A program made the position numbers and the translations under genes. This document shows, piece after piece, positions 11,309-26,137 of a stretch of DNA of 64,000 bases; within the stretch, counting starts at the first letter, position 1; every line of letters begins with the position of its first letter. Location: the NCBI GenBank assembly GCA_002269645.1, contig NIVC01000129.1:232755-296754 (forward strand), in the 5' to 3' direction. Source of the DNA: Macrostomum lignano (Eukaryota). The notes under the pieces are model-generated. The model saw only the letters and a list, made by a program, of their open reading frames with translations. It was not told where the DNA came from and made no database searches.

Positions 11309-12629
11309 TAATCAAATTGATAATAACTGATAATTGATAATCAAATAATTGATAATCAAAAAATGTATCAATTTCAGACTTGTAGTCTCTTGTTTTACCC
11401 ACGTATGCGCTATCTACTACTAAAATCAGAATGGCTATGGCGAAATCGCCTTTTCACTCTTTTTCTCAAGTTAAACTAAAAAATATATGTTGAATACATA
11501 CTTTTAATTTAAGGACAAAGCCAAAGTCCTGGCATTGTAGAGAACTAAATAATACAGTAAAAAATTCTTTGCAAGATACATGTATCATTACGAACCCTTG
11601 TTCGATGAGGTTGGTATTTGGATAAATAGTTATAAATTTTCCAATTTTCCTAATAGCGGGACAGAAATTCAGGGTTTAATGTCTCCCCTTACCCCTGTAA
11701 CGATGTCGGTGACTCATCGCGTTTAATACCCAGACTGAACACAAGAATGGCTGCAACTGGGAATCCTCCCTCTTTGCCTTTCCTAATCCTAACCCACCCG
11801 CCGGTCTGCTTACTCCTTCAAAACACTCGCGGGGTCGGGTTTCCCCAGTCAAGCTTGGCTCACTCATCATCTGTTCGCCTCTCTGCCCCCCTCATGCCCC
11901 CGACCATATTGTGTGTTGTAAAAGTAGCCCTTCGTTGAATGCTGGCCTGGCAAAATGTACATTGCGCATGAATGCTCCCCCCAGCAATGTACATTGTAGG
12001 GGGTTGGGGTGGGTTGGGGGCGGGCGGCCCGCCGCCCCACCACCCCACCAGCCCAAGCCCAGCTCTGCTTCGCGAATCCGATGCGATGGTGTTCGATATT
12101 TGCTCCCCAATTGCCCCCCCCCCGCCTCGACGTCCAAGACGAAACGGAACGAAGGTTAAGCAAGCCTTTTTTAAGTTTGCCATTATTCAACGATAAAGCA
12201 TTTCCCTGCTCCAAATCGATTGAGCTGAGCAGCTAGGCAAGGTTAGGGAGAACAGAGGGAGAGACTAAACCAATTGCATAGGGATTAAATTTCCTGTGTT
12301 GCGTAATGCCTTTCTATCTTTATTAACGTACAAGTTTGAGTCAGCTGAGTCAGATTCAGAAGAGGTCGATTATAAAGTGAAGATCTTGCAAGAAGCTACA
12401 AGAGACTGAAGGTAAGGGAAAATTAAAAATTATTTTACATTCACAGATGCTCATTTAAGTTAGTGATTAAGTAAATACGTACCATTTATTTACACCGTAT
12501 TTTTGGTTGTAAAAAAAATTATTTTTTTAATAATTTTATTTATTATTTTATTTTAGTTTATGTTTTATTTCGTAACGTTATAGGCCTAATAAACAGTGTA
12601 GATTTTGCTTTTTTGTTTCAAAATCAACC

Positions 12630-13418
<789 letters not shown>

Positions 13419-13796
13419 GATTGGTGCAGCATCTGCCGCAGCCGATATGCAGGTAATAAAATCCCTAAGCCAGGCAATGCGGTAAAAGGCATAGCCGTGC
13501 ACACAGAACTTGGCGGTTGCGTACGGGGTCGCAAAGAAAAATAATGCAGCCCCTCTTCGCTTTGAACCCTCTTCGAGAGTGTATCGGACTGTCTGACCCA
13601 AATAGTGGATACTTGGCTATAGTATTATAGAGAGCCGGAGCAATGCTGAACTTTCTATGCAGTGTAGTTTTTTCTGATTTGCTTCCACTCCAATCGACTC
13701 GTTATCGTTTTCTCGCTAATTGCGCCTTAAAGCAGCAGGTTAAATGAAACTGCTGATCATTATTATTGCAAACACCCTTTCTCTACCCACTTCACG

Positions 13797-14042
13797 TCTA
13801 CCCACTCCCCATCTACCCACTCCCCATCTACCCACTCCCCGTCTACCCACTCCCCGTCTACCCACTCCCCATCTACCCACTCCCCGTCTACCCACTCCCC
13901 GTCTACCCACTCCCCGTCTACCAACTCCACATCTACCCACTCCCCATCTACCCACTCCCCGTCTACCCACTCCCCGTCTACCCACTCCCCATCTACCCAC
14001 TCCCCGTCTACCCACTCCCCATCTACCCACTCCCCCGTCTAC
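13797..14042. repeat. 15-bp minisatellite (CTACCCACTCCCCRT)
   Basis: Tandem copies. Confidence 0.95.
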
Positions 14043-14261
14043 CCACCTAATATCTAACCAGATCCTCAGTGCCCATTCATTTTTACCTATTAATAAAATA
14101 AGTTCTTACTGTAGAATAACAAGCTGATGTATAGTTTGACTTAAATGCTCAATAGGGCTACTTGTATTTTATTCATCAGTAGTATATAAATTATAGAAAA
14201 AACGCATTTTTGTTAGCCGATATATGCGTGTACTTATTTTACTGCTTAACGGCATTGAGAA

Positions 14262-15440
14262 AAACTGCATTTGGCGCCTCTCTCTAAGCTGCATTTGGCG
14301 CCTCTCCCTAAGCTGCATTTGGCGCCTCTCCCTAAGCTGCATTTGGCGCCTCTCCCTAAGCTGCATTTGGCGCCTCTCCCTAAGCTGCATTTGGCGCCTC
14401 TCCCTAAGCTGCATTTGGCGCCTCTCTCTAAACTGCATTTGGCGCCTCTCTCTAAACTGCATTAGGCGCCTATCCCTAAACTGCATTTGGCGCCTCTCCC
14501 TAAACAACATTTGGCGCCTCTCTCTAAACTGCATTTGGCGCCTCTCCCTAAACAACATTTGGCGCCTCTCCCTAAACTGCATTAGGCGCCTATCCCTAAA
14601 CTGCATTTGGCGCCTCTCCCTAAACAACATTTGGCGCCTCTCTCTAAACTGCATTTGGCGCCTCTCCCTAAACAACATTTGGCGCCTCTCCCTAAACTGC
14701 ATTTGGCGCCTCTCTCTAAACTGCATTTGGCGCCTCTCCCTAAACAACATTTGGCGCCTCTCTCTAAACTGCATTTGGCGCCTCTCCCTAAGCTGCACTT
14801 GGCGCCTCTCTCTAAACTGCATTTGGCGCCTCTCTCTAAACTGCATTAGGCGCCTATCCCTAAACTGCATTTGGCGCCTCTCCCTAAACAACATTTGGCG
14901 CCTCTCTCTAAACTGCATTAGCGCCTCTCTCTAAACTGCATTTGGCGCCTCTCTCTAAACTGCATTAGGCGCCTATCCCTAAACTGCATTTGGCGCCTCT
15001 CCCTAAACAACATTTGGCGCCTCTCTCTAAACTGCATTTGGCGCCTCTCCCTAAACAACATTTGGCGCCTCTCCCTAAACTGCATTTGGCGCCTCTCTCT
15101 AAACTGCATTTGGCGCCTCTCCCTAAACAACATTTGGCGCCTCTCTCTAAACTGCATTTGGCGCCTCTCCCTAAACAACATTTGGCGCCTCTCCCTAAAC
15201 TGCATTTGGCGCCTCTCTCTAAACTGCATTTGGCGCCTCTCCCTAAACAACATTTGGCGCCTCTCTCTAAACTGCATTTGGCGCCTCTCTCTAAACTGCA
15301 TTTGGCGCCTCTCTCTAAACTGCATTTGGCGCCTCTCTCTAAACTGCATTTAGCGCCTCTCTCTAAACTGCATTTGGCGCCTCTCTCTAAACTGCATTTG
15401 GCGCCTCTCTCTAAACTGCATTTGGCGCCTCCCTCTAAAC
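14262..15440. repeat. 24-bp minisatellite (AAACTGCATTTGGCGCCTCTCYCT)
   Basis: About 49 tandem copies. Confidence 0.97.
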
Positions 15441-15919
15441 GGAACTAAACCGTATACTAAGTTTGCCTCCCCCAAGAAGAAAAATCCCAAATTAAAAAGA
15501 AACCGTAGTACTTTAATAAATATAATATTTTATTGTATATTTTACATCATCAATTCAGAACGAATTGGTCATACGGTCGACTGCAGCAGTGCTACAACCT
15601 GCGTGTGCCGTGCGCTCCCACCCCTGAGTGACTCATGCTGTCAACAGAAGTTCTGTTTATCCCCTTCCACAAAAATCCCATCTGATTTTCCCTATACAGC
15701 TTACTCGCTACAGGCACGGCACGGCCCCCCGCTGGGTGTTTACAAAAGTTATGGCGCTGGCAATGGCCCCGGTGTTTTGATAGATCCCCCTCTCTGCCTT
15801 GTCGCTGCTGTCAACTCTCTCCCTGCCTCTGCTCCATAGCCCTATGTGTTACGTCACTTCCTGAGCCAAGGCAATAATGCAAGTAGTGGAATAACGGCTT
15901 TCACGACACTATATTAGAT

Positions 15920-16640
15920 ATTGGCGCCATCCAAACTGATTTGGCGCCATCCAAACTGATTTAGCGTAATCCAAACTGATTTGGCGCCATCCAAACTGAT
16001 TTGGCGTAATCAAAACTGATTTGGAGCCACGCAAACTGATTTGACGCCATCCAAACTGATTTGACGCCATTCAAACTGATTTGGCGCCTTCCAAACTGAT
16101 TTAGAGCCACCCAAACTGATTTGGAGCCATCCAAACTGATTTGGCGCCATCCAAACTGAATTGGCGCCATCCAAACTGATTTGGAGCCATCCAAACTGAT
16201 TTGGCGCCATCCAAACTGAATTGGCGCCATCCAAACTGATTTGGCGCCATCCAAACTGATTTGGCGCCATTCAAACTGATTTGGAGCCATCCAAACTGAT
16301 TTGGCGCCATCCAAACTGAATTGGCGCCATCCAAACTGATTTGGCGCCATCCAAACTGATTTGACGCCATCCAAACTGATTTGGAGCCATCCAAACTGAT
16401 TTGGCGCCATCCAAACTGAATTGGCGCCATCCAAACTGATTTGGCGCCATCCAAACTGATTTGACGCCATCCAAACTGATTTGGCGCCATTCAAACTGAT
16501 TTGGCACCATCCAAACTGATTTGGCGCCATTCAAACTGATTTGGAGCCACCCAAACTGATTTGGAGCCACCCAAACTGATTTGACGCCATTCAAACTGAT
16601 TTGGCGCCATCCAAACTGATTTGGCGCCATTCAAAACCAT
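15920..16640. repeat. 20-bp minisatellite (CCAAACTGATTTGGCGCCAT)
   Basis: About 36 tandem copies. Confidence 0.97.
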
Positions 16641-17284
16641 TTTAGCGCCCACCAATCCTTTTTTCGACTTCACACTCCCAGGCCAAGCTGCAACAGTCTT
16701 CCAGGGTCTCCTACAGTTAACAGCTGTTGCTGTGGCCACAGATAAGAGAAAATAAAGTAAAAGTTGATAGGTTCCATCCATACTAAAGGCTCTTATCTCC
16801 TTAACAGAAAGCTCTGGGGACCACTATAGCCACGCGTTTGGGTAGTGCAGGGAAGTGGCTTATCGAAATAGGGGAAGCCGACTGCAGACTGTTTATGCCA
16901 TAGGGAAATTTCCAATTTCACAAGACCAGTGCAGTTGCTGCGCAGAAGGATGACGTGTCTCTGTCTGCACTGCCGCCCTCGCACTCTCCTCATCCCCCTC
17001 CTTTGCTCCACAGTTCTCTTCCCCATTCCTATTCCACTCCGTCTGAACCCAGACTGACCTGAACCCGAGACATTTTTGTTTCTATTTTTGAATCGTCGTC
17101 CTTTGCTTAGCGAATTTCTACAAAAACTGAAATCTTATTGTATTTTTCTCATGTTGTTTTGGAATATTTGTCTAGGTTAGGAAATCGTTTTGCGCTACAT
17201 ATCGGTAGGCAAGATCAGGATGCCAACTTAATGATTTCTTGAGAGTTTTTAAGGGTTTCAATATTGGTAGCCTCCTAAATCTCA

Positions 17285-17810
17285 TAAATGGCACCTCTTA
17301 ACTCCTACAAATGGCGCCTCCTGACTCCTACAAATGGCGCCTCCTGACTCCTACAAATGGCGCCTTCTGACTCCTACAAATGGCGCCTCCTGACTCCTAC
17401 AAATGGTGCCTCCTGACTCTTACAAATGGCGCCTCCTGACTCTTACAAATGGCGCCTCCTGACTCCTACAAATGGCGCCTCCTGACTCTTACAAATGGCG
17501 TCTCCTGACTCCTACAAATGGCGGCTTCTGACTCCTAAAAATGGCGTCTCCTGACCCCTAAAAATGGCGCCTCCTGACCCCTAAAAATGGCGCCTCCTGA
17601 CTCCTAAAAATGGCGCCTCCTGACTCTTAAAATCAACGCCTCCTGACCCCTACAAATTGCGCCTTCTGACTCTTAAAAATGGCGCCTCCTGACTCTTATA
17701 ATCAACGACTCTTGACTCCTAAAAATGGCGCCTCCTGACTCCTAAAAATGGCACCTCCTGACTCTTATAATCAACGCCTCCTGACTCTCACAAATGGCGC
17801 TTCATGACTC
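17285..17810. repeat. 23-bp minisatellite (TCCTACAAATGGCGCCTCCTGAC)
   Basis: About 22 tandem copies. Confidence 0.95.
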
Positions 17811-18242
17811 CTATTTGTGTGCTTCTGACTCACATTTCGATATCCAATATTCGGCCCTTGATTTCGAGGTCGCGTCGGGAATCGAGCTCATGACCTCTAT
17901 TCGAAGCAGCCAGATTGAGCTAAATTTTTTTTCAGCCCACAGTTTTTTACTTGAACCCTGACCCCGTGGGATTATTTCCCCTTTCTCTTTCCAAGAGAGC
18001 GATATTCCGACTCATTCGACTGAAATCTCAAGTTGCTAGGCCAGTCAAGCTAGAGATTCTCCTGTCCAATCCGATGGCTAAGTCGAATTTTCTATTCAAG
18101 CTTCGCCAATGGCGAAAATTGAAAGGCACCGATTCGACCTGACCCTGTAAGCCTGTAGCTTTATAGAAGAGATGCTGTGGCTGCCCCCAACTGGCCTCTG
18201 ACTTGCGTGCTTAAAATCAGACAAGGCGCTTATTGAGTCTTC

Positions 18243-18343
18243 ATGCCTTTTGCGACTGGGCTTCATCGAGTGCCTCAGCACCTTGCTGCTGCCCAGCAAG
18301 GCCACATGCAGCAGCAGAGGCTGCTTTTACTGGATAAACTTGC
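18243..18343 (+). CDS. Possible upstream exon of the espin-like gene
   Basis: MPFATGLHRVPQHLAAAQQGHMQQQRLLLLDKL, with a gc|gtgagt donor in phase 2 that is compatible with the 19119 exon. 5' boundary uncertain. Confidence 0.4.
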
Positions 18344-18359
18344 GTGAGTTGAGAAAGTC

Positions 18360-18980
18360 GCCAACCATTCCAACAAAATCGCCCCCAATGCCAACAAAAT
18401 CGCCCCCCAATTCCAACAAAATCGCCCCCAATTCCAACAGAATCGCCCCCCCCATTCCAACAAAATCGCCCCCATTTCCAACAAAATCGCCCCCAATTCC
18501 AACAATATCCCCCCAATTCAAACAATAGCCCCCCAATTCCAACAAAATCGTCCCCAATGCCAACAAAATCGCCCCCTAATTCCAACAAAATCGCCCCCAA
18601 TTCCAACAAAATCGCCCCCATTTCCGACAAAATCGCCCCCAATTCTAACAATATCCCCCCAATTCCAACAATATCCCCCAATTCCAACAATATCCCCCAA
18701 TTCCAACAATATCCCCCAATTCAAACAATAGTCCCCCAATTCCAACAAAATCGCCCCCCAATGCCAACAAAATCGCCCCCCAATTCTAACAAAATCGCCC
18801 CTAATTCCAACAAAATCGTCCCCAATTCTAACAAAATCGCCCCTAATTCCAACAAAATCGTCCCCAATTCCAACAAAATCGCCCCCAATTCCAACAAAAT
18901 TGTCCCTAATTCCAACAAAATCGCCCCCAATTCCAACAAAATTGTCCCCAATTCCAACAAAATCGCCCCCAATTCCAACA
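18360..18980. repeat. 21-bp minisatellite (CCAACAAAATCGCCCCCAATT)
   Basis: Tandem copies. Confidence 0.95.
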
Positions 18981-19118
18981 AAAACTGTACACACTGTGTG
19001 AGCGTGTTGCGTGTGCGTGGTCAGGGGTCAGGCGCCTCCTCGCCATGGCCTGGGATTCCGTGACAGCGGGCGGCCGCAGCCCCCCGCACACTAACTAACA
19101 AGCCCCTAATCCATGCAG

Positions 19119-19291
19119 AAACGAGGAGGCTCTCCGCTCTCTCGAGGAACTTGACGCTGTACTCCGAAGTCACGAGCGCCTTCTGACAGCGCCTGCCAGC
19201 AGTTATTCGACGCCCGAAACTCGGGACGGCCAAGCCGCAATGTCCACCAGCGTCGCCAACAGTTCAGCCGAAATCTCCACTTCCATTTATG
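19119..19291 (+). CDS. ESPN: Espin/forked-like protein, exon
   Basis: catgcag acceptor and g|gtaaga donor. NEEALRSLEELDAVLRSHERLL..; joins 20317 in phase 1. Confidence 0.65.
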
Positions 19292-19512
19292 GTAAGAAGG
19301 TTGAAAAACTATCAATCTTATTTACACTAAAAATTAAATCCAAAAAAGAGAAATAAGGAGCGGTACATCCTACTTATTAGTAAATGGAAAGCAAATATTG
19401 CTCGATTTTCTTGGTGAAGCAAAATTCAGCTTTAGGTTCCTAATTTCTTAATGCAGATATTAAAACAGATTCCATCTTAATTGTTATTTGAACTCTTAAC
19501 TAGATCTATTTT

Positions 19513-20250
19513 GAGTGAGATTCTCAGGTATCCGAGTGAAACTCTCAGGTATCCGGGTTGAGATTCTCAGGTATCCGAGTGAGATTCTCATGTATCCGAG
19601 TGAGATTCTCATGTATCCGAGTGAGATTCTCATGTATCGGAGTGAAATTCTCAGGTATCCGAGTGAAATTCTCAGGTATCCGGGTTGAGATTCTCAGGTA
19701 TCCGGGTTGAGATTCTCAGGTATCCGGGTTGAGATTCTCAGGTATCCGAGTGAGATTCTCAGGTATCCGAGTGAGATTCTCAGGTATCCGAGTGAAACTC
19801 TCAGGTATCCGGGTTGAGATTCTCAGGTATCCGAGTGAGATTCTCATGTATCCGAGTGAGATTCTCATGTATCCGAGTGAGATTCTCATGTATCGGAGTG
19901 AAATTCTCAGGTATCCGAGTGAAATTCTCAGGTATCCGGGTTGAGATTCTCAGGTATCCGGGTTGAGATTCTCAGGTATCCGGGTTGAGATTCTCAGGTA
20001 TCCGAGTGAGATTCTCAGGTATCCGAGTGAGATTCTCAGGTATCCGAGTGAGATTCTCAGGTATCCGAGTGAGATTCTCAGGTATCCGAGTGAGATTCTC
20101 AGGTATCCGAGTGAGATTCTCAGGTATCCGAGTGAGATTCTCAGGTATCCGAGTGAGATTCTCAGGTATCCGAGTGAGATTCTCAGGTATCCGAGTGAGA
20201 TTCTCAGGTATCCGAGTGAGATTCTCAGGTATCCGAGTGAGATTCTCAGG
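19513..20250. repeat. Intronic 21-bp minisatellite (GAGTGAGATTCTCAGGTATCC)
   Basis: About 35 copies, highly homogeneous toward the 3' end. Confidence 0.97.
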
Positions 20251-20316
20251 TAACCAGGTGATATAATTAATGATTAGCGTGAGCTCATGCACCACCTCAC
20301 CCCCTCCCTCTCCCAG

Positions 20317-21345
20317 ACGTGCTGTCCCAGTCGCCGCAGGCAGCAAGCGCAGACTCAGGTCTGTCCGGTCGCAACCGGCTGGCAGCGGCGGCGGCCAAGA
20401 CGCCGCACGCAACTTTGCGCCCGGTGAACTGCCTGCCGCTGCCTTCAGCAGCTCTCTCAGAGTGCGGCAAGCAGCAGCCACGGCAGCCGTCATATCAGCA
20501 GCCGCAGCAGCAGCAGCAGCAGCAAACCTGCAGCAGTTTTCTCCGACGGGCCGTCGCTCCCGACAGTCCGTCGATGCCAGCCGTTGGACGACCTTCGCCG
20601 CCGAGCATTCCTCGACGGGCTCCGTCGACTCGACTGTCGGGCAAAAGCGAACCCGAAGTGCAACCGCAGCCTCCGTCGCTGCCGCCTCCGCCACTGGAGT
20701 TCGAGGATGCCACCAGGGACGAGGAGGACATCGACTCAGACATCGAGACCGCGGTGCCGTCTGTCTCGGAGATCCTGAACCTCTTCAACAAGCAGAACGT
20801 GCTGTCCAAAGCGAAGAAGCCTTCAAGCTCCAAGCAGCCTGCGGAACAGCCAACCCAGCTGGTGCTGCAGCCGGCTCCCCAGCAGGGGGGCCAGCTGCAG
20901 CAGCAGCGCTTCATCCTTCAGCAGGTCGCTTCCGAGTCTTCCAGTCATCCATTAGTTCAGCAGCAGCAGCAGCAGCAGCAGCAGTTCACCCCGTCTCCAG
21001 CAGTGCCTCACCAGGCTCCGCAAAAGCTGGAGTATCGCCCGCTGCCTCCGCCACCTCCGACACCTCCGCCACCGCCCACGCCACCCCAGCAGAAGCAGCA
21101 GCAGCAGCAGCAGCAATATCTGGTACAACAGAAAAAGGAACTTGTGGCAGAAGAAGACGAGGATCAGACCTACGCGGTACCTTATCAGTTTGCACCTGAA
21201 GGTGGCGATTATTGGCAACAACAGCAGCAGCAGCAGAAGACGCAGTCATCCGCAGCATCTTCGGTTGTGTCCCAGCTGCAACTGCTGAAGCAAAGCTTGT
21301 TGTCAGGCGTTGCCAGGGCCACCTCTGCTGGGTCTGCTAAGAAAG
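20317..21345 (+). CDS. ESPN: Espin/forked-like protein, large P/Q-rich exon
   Basis: ctcccag acceptor and aaag|gttagt donor (phase 1). Polyproline and polyQ tracts, VPSVSEILNLF. Confidence 0.75.
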
Positions 21346-21354
21346 GTTAGTAGA

Positions 21355-21562
<208 letters not shown>

Positions 21563-21839
21563 TGCAAGTACAGCATAAGCTGCAGTTTTTGATCAGGGCA
21601 TACGTAGTCTAAAAACTTACGATCCACAGCGCGCACAGACGTCACCCATCTAGCAGGACCTGCAATCAAATTAATAATTCATGAACTGGTCGCATCCTGC
21701 TGGTTTTCTACTCTTATCTAACATGCATGCTTCTCTCAGTCTTAGCAACCGGGCCAGCTGCTGGGGCTGAACTCTTGCTACACAGTTCCTTTCCCCATCA
21801 CTATCACTCTCTCCCGTTCACCCCCCGCCTGACTCGCAG

Positions 21840-22064
21840 TGGGCAGGTCAAACTCCGAGTGCAAGCCTCCGCCGCCGCCAAGGAATGGAGCTTCAGCCCA
21901 GGCCGCAATAATTACTGCCGCCCCATCAACCGACACCTCAGCATCCGTTCAAGTCAGCCGCAACCCCAGCGGTGGAGGCCCCGGCCAAGCCGCTATAATT
22001 GCTCAGCTGCAGCAGGGCGTGTCGCTTAGAAAGTCGGCGAGTAGCAAGTGCTCAGCTTCATCAG
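21840..22064 (+). CDS. ESPN: Espin/forked-like protein, WH2 exon
   Basis: ctcgcag acceptor and g|gtaagt donor. AIIAQLQQGVSLRKS is a WH2 helix plus LKKT-type motif. Confidence 0.75.
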
Positions 22065-22136
22065 GTAAGTGGGGGCTGTTTTCGGACTCTTGTGACTTTC
22101 AAAATTTTGTTTGTTTCAACTTGTTTGTATGCAATC

Positions 22137-22541
22137 TTCCTTATCTCCTCTTCCCTGTTCCTTATCACCTCTTCTCTGTTCCTTATCACCTCTTCTCTGT
22201 TCCTTATCACCTCTTCCCTGTTCCTTATCTCCTCTTCCCTGTTCCTTATCTCCTCTTCTCTGTTCCTTATCACTTCTTCCCTGTTCCTTATCACCTCTTC
22301 TCTGTTCCTTATCACCTCTTCTCTGTTCCTTATCACTTCTTCTCTGTTCCTTATCTCCTCCTCTCTGTTCCTTATCACCTCTTCTCTGTTCCTTATCACC
22401 TCTTCTCTGTTCCTTATCACATCTTCTCTGTTCCTTATCACCTCTTCTCTGTTCCTTATCACCTCTTCTCTGTTCCTTATCACTTCTTCTCTGTTCCTTA
22501 TCTCCTCTTCCCTGTTCCTTATCTCCTCTTCCCTGTTCCTT
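22137..22541. repeat. Intronic 21-bp minisatellite (CCTTATCACCTCTTCTCTGTT)
   Basis: Tandem copies. Confidence 0.95.
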
Positions 22542-22874
22542 AACCCCTACTTATCTTCTCTTGGAGTTTGGAAAACTTTTTTACCTCAAAGGCCAGATAG
22601 AGGACCTATAGAGCATGACTGCGGTCGAGAGGAGGGGAGAGAGGAGATGGATTAAGAAGAGAAAAGTGAGATAGAGAAAGGAGAGGCAAGAGAATAAAGG
22701 AGAAGAGATGAGTGTAGAGAAAAGAGGAGAGAGGAGAGGAGATAAGGAAAGAGAAAGGAGAGGATATGAGGAGAGAAGAGAGAGGAGAGGAGAGGAGAGA
22801 GGAGCTGATAGAGAAGAAACTATTTTAATCCACAAGCTAGGTAAATAATTTCAATGTCCCAAAAACCACCGCAG

Positions 22875-23027
22875 GTTCCGCAGGCGACTGCAGTCAGTCA
22901 CACGCAGCTCCAGCTGGCGACCTCTTCGATCCAAACGAACTGCCGCCGCCCCCTCCGAGTCTTTTGCTGAAGCCGGTTCACAGCAAAGACCCCGAACCCG
23001 CCATACCGGCTGCTTCTGTAGCTACAG
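22875..23027 (+). CDS. ESPN: Espin/forked-like protein, exon
   Basis: ccgcag acceptor and g|gtgaac donor, phase 1 at both ends. GSAGD..FDPNELPPPPPSLL. Confidence 0.7.
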
Positions 23028-23121
23028 GTGAACATTTAATACGAAACCGCAACTGACTACTGTTAGGGATTCATCAGTAGTATGACATTTTACCAGATTT
23101 TTTTAAACACCTTATTACAGT

Positions 23122-26010
23122 GTGACACAAATACTTCATCACCTTCTGACACAAATACTTTATCACATGACCCAAACACTTCATCACCTTCTGACACAAA
23201 TACTTCATCACCTTCTGACAAATACTTCATCACCTTCTGACACAAATACTTTATCACATGACCCAAATACTTCATCACCTTCTGACACAAATACTTCATC
23301 ACCTTCTGACACAAATACTTTATCACATGACCCAAACACTTCATCACCATCTGACACAAATACTTCATCACCTTCTGACACAAATACTTCATCACCTTCT
23401 GACTCAAATACTTCATTACCTTCTGACACAAATACTTTATCACATGACCCAAATACTTCATCACCTTCTGACACAAATACTTCATCACCTTCTGACACAA
23501 ATACTTTATCACATGACCCAAACACTTCATCACCATCTGACACAAATACTTCATCACCTTCTGACACAAATACTTCATCACCTTCTGACACAAATACTTC
23601 ATCACCTTCTGACACAAATACTTTATCACATGACCCAAATACTTCATCACCTTCTGACACAAATACTTCATCACCTTCTGACACAAATACTTCATCACCT
23701 TCTGACACAAATACTTCATCACCTTCTGACACAAATACTTCATCACCTTCTGACACAAATACTTCATCACCTTCTGACACAAATAATTTATCACATGACC
23801 CAAATACTACCTCACCTTCTGACACAAATACTTCATCGCCTTCTGACACAAGTACTTCATCACTTTCTGACACAAATACTTTATCACATGACACAAATAC
23901 TACCTCACCTTCTGACCCAAATACTTCATCACCTTCTGACACAAATACTTCATCACCTTCTGACACAAATACTTCATCACCTTCTGACACAAATACTTCA
24001 TCACCTTCTGACACAAATACTTCATCACCTTCTGACACAAATACTTCATCACCTTCTGACACAAATACTTTATCACATGACCCAAATACTACCTCACCTT
24101 CTGACACAAATACTTCATCGCCTTCTGACACAAATACTTCATCACCTTCTGACACAAATACTTTATCACATGACCCAAATACTTCATCACCTTCTGACAC
24201 AAATACTTCATCACCTTCTGACACAAATACTTCATCACCTTCTGACACAAATACTTCATCACCTTCTGACACAAATACTTTATCACCTTCTGACACGAAT
24301 ACTACCTCACCTTCTGACACAAATGCTACCTCATTTTCTGACACAAATACTACCTCACCTTCTGACACAAATACTACCTCACCTTCTGACACAAATACTA
24401 CCTCACCTTCTGACACAAATACTTAATCACTTTCTGACACAAATACTTCATCACCTTCTGACACAAATACTTTATCACTTTCTGACACAAATACTTAATC
24501 AACTACTGACACAAATACTTCATCACCTTCTGACACAAATACTTCATCAACTACTGACACAAATACTTAATCACCTGACACAAATACTTCATCAACTACT
24601 GACACAAATACTTCATCACCTGACACAAATACTTCATCACCTGACGCAAATGCTTCATCACCTTCTGACACAAATACTTCATCACCTTCTGACACAAATA
24701 CTTTATCACCTTCTGACACGAATACTACCTCACCTTCTGACACAAATGCTACATCACCTTCTGACACAAAAACTTAATCAACTACTGACACGAATACTTC
24801 ATCACCTGACACAAATTCTTCATCACCTGACACAAATACTTCATCACCTGACGCAAATACTTCATCAACTACTGACACAAATACTTCATCACCTGACACA
24901 AATACTTCATCACCTTCTGACGCAAATACTTCATCACCTGACACAAATACTTTATCACCTGACGCAAATACTTCATCAACTACTGACACAAGTACTTCAT
25001 CAACTACTGACACAAATACTTTCTCACCTTCTGACACAAATACTTAATCAACTACTGACACAAATACTTCATCACCTGACACAAATTCTTGATCACCTGA
25101 CACAAATACTTCATCACCTGACGCAAATACTTCATCAACTACTGACACAAATACTTCATCACCTGACACAAATACTTCATCACCTTCTGACGCAAATACT
25201 TCATCACCTGACACAAATACTTTATCACCTGACGCAAATACTTTATCAACTACTGATACAAGTACTTCATCAACTACTGACACAAGTTCAACTACTAACA
25301 CAAATACTTTCTCACCTTCTGACACAAATACTTTATCACCTTCTGACACAAATACTTCATCGACCACTGACACAAGTTCAAATACTGACACAAATACTTT
25401 CTCACCTTCTGACACAAATACTTTATCACCTTCTGACACAAATACTTTATCACTTTCTGACACAAATACTTTATCACCTTCTGACACAAATACTTTATCA
25501 ACTACTGACACAAGTTCAAATACTGACACAAATACTTTCTCACCTTCTGACGCAAATACTTTATCACCTTCTGACACAAATACTTCATCAACTACTGACA
25601 CAAGTTCAACTACTGACACAAATATTTTATCACCTTCTGACACAAATACTTCATCAACTACTGACACAAGTTCAACTACTGACACAAATACTTTATCACC
25701 TTCTGACACAAATACTTTATCACCTTCTGACACAAATACTTCATCGACCACTGACACAAGTTCAAATACTGACACAAATACTTTCTCACCTTCTGACACA
25801 AATACTTTCTCACCTTCTGACACAAATACTTTATCACCTTCTGACACAAATACTTTATCACTTTCTGACACAAATACTTTATCACCTTCTGACACAAATA
25901 CTTCATCAACTACTGACACAAGTTCAACTACTGACAAATACTTTATCACCTTCTGACACAAATACTTTATCACCTTCTGACACAAATACTTCATCAACTA
26001 CTGACACAGA
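23122..26010. repeat. Intronic 24-bp minisatellite (CTGACACAAATACTTCATCACCTT), about 2.9 kb
   Basis: Tandem copies with 21-bp and other variants. Confidence 0.97.
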
Positions 26011-26137
26011 CACTTCATCACCTTATAATGCATCTAATACTAATATCTAATCTAATACCTTTCCCCACCTGAAGAAAAACATGTTTCGTTAACGTTCCGA
26101 CACCTCAACACAACAACTAAAATCTGAAAACTTTCAG

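Noticed and set aside
14262-16640. CRISPR-like regular arrays
   Set aside because: No unique spacers, no cas genes, and a eukaryotic context.
16640-16781. Minus-strand signal-peptide-like ORF start (MDGTYQLLLYFLLSVATATA)
   Set aside because: No convincing donor or downstream exon; the rest of the ORF is satellite.
18221-18343. Ankyrin-like fragments (GFIECLSTLL; HLAAAQQGH)
   Set aside because: They lie in different frames of the same short stretch and neither forms a full 33-aa repeat.
14169-20266. Many repetitive ORFs (FRERRQM, WMAPNQF, PNSNKIA, RYPSEIL)
   Set aside because: All are minisatellite translations.
23122-24426. 434-aa mucin-like ORF (DTNTSSPS repeats) and overlapping 930-aa ORF
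   Set aside because: Translations of a 24-bp (multiple of three) intronic repeat that is open in several frames and on both strands; the nearest acceptor (23096) is out of frame with the espin-like exon.
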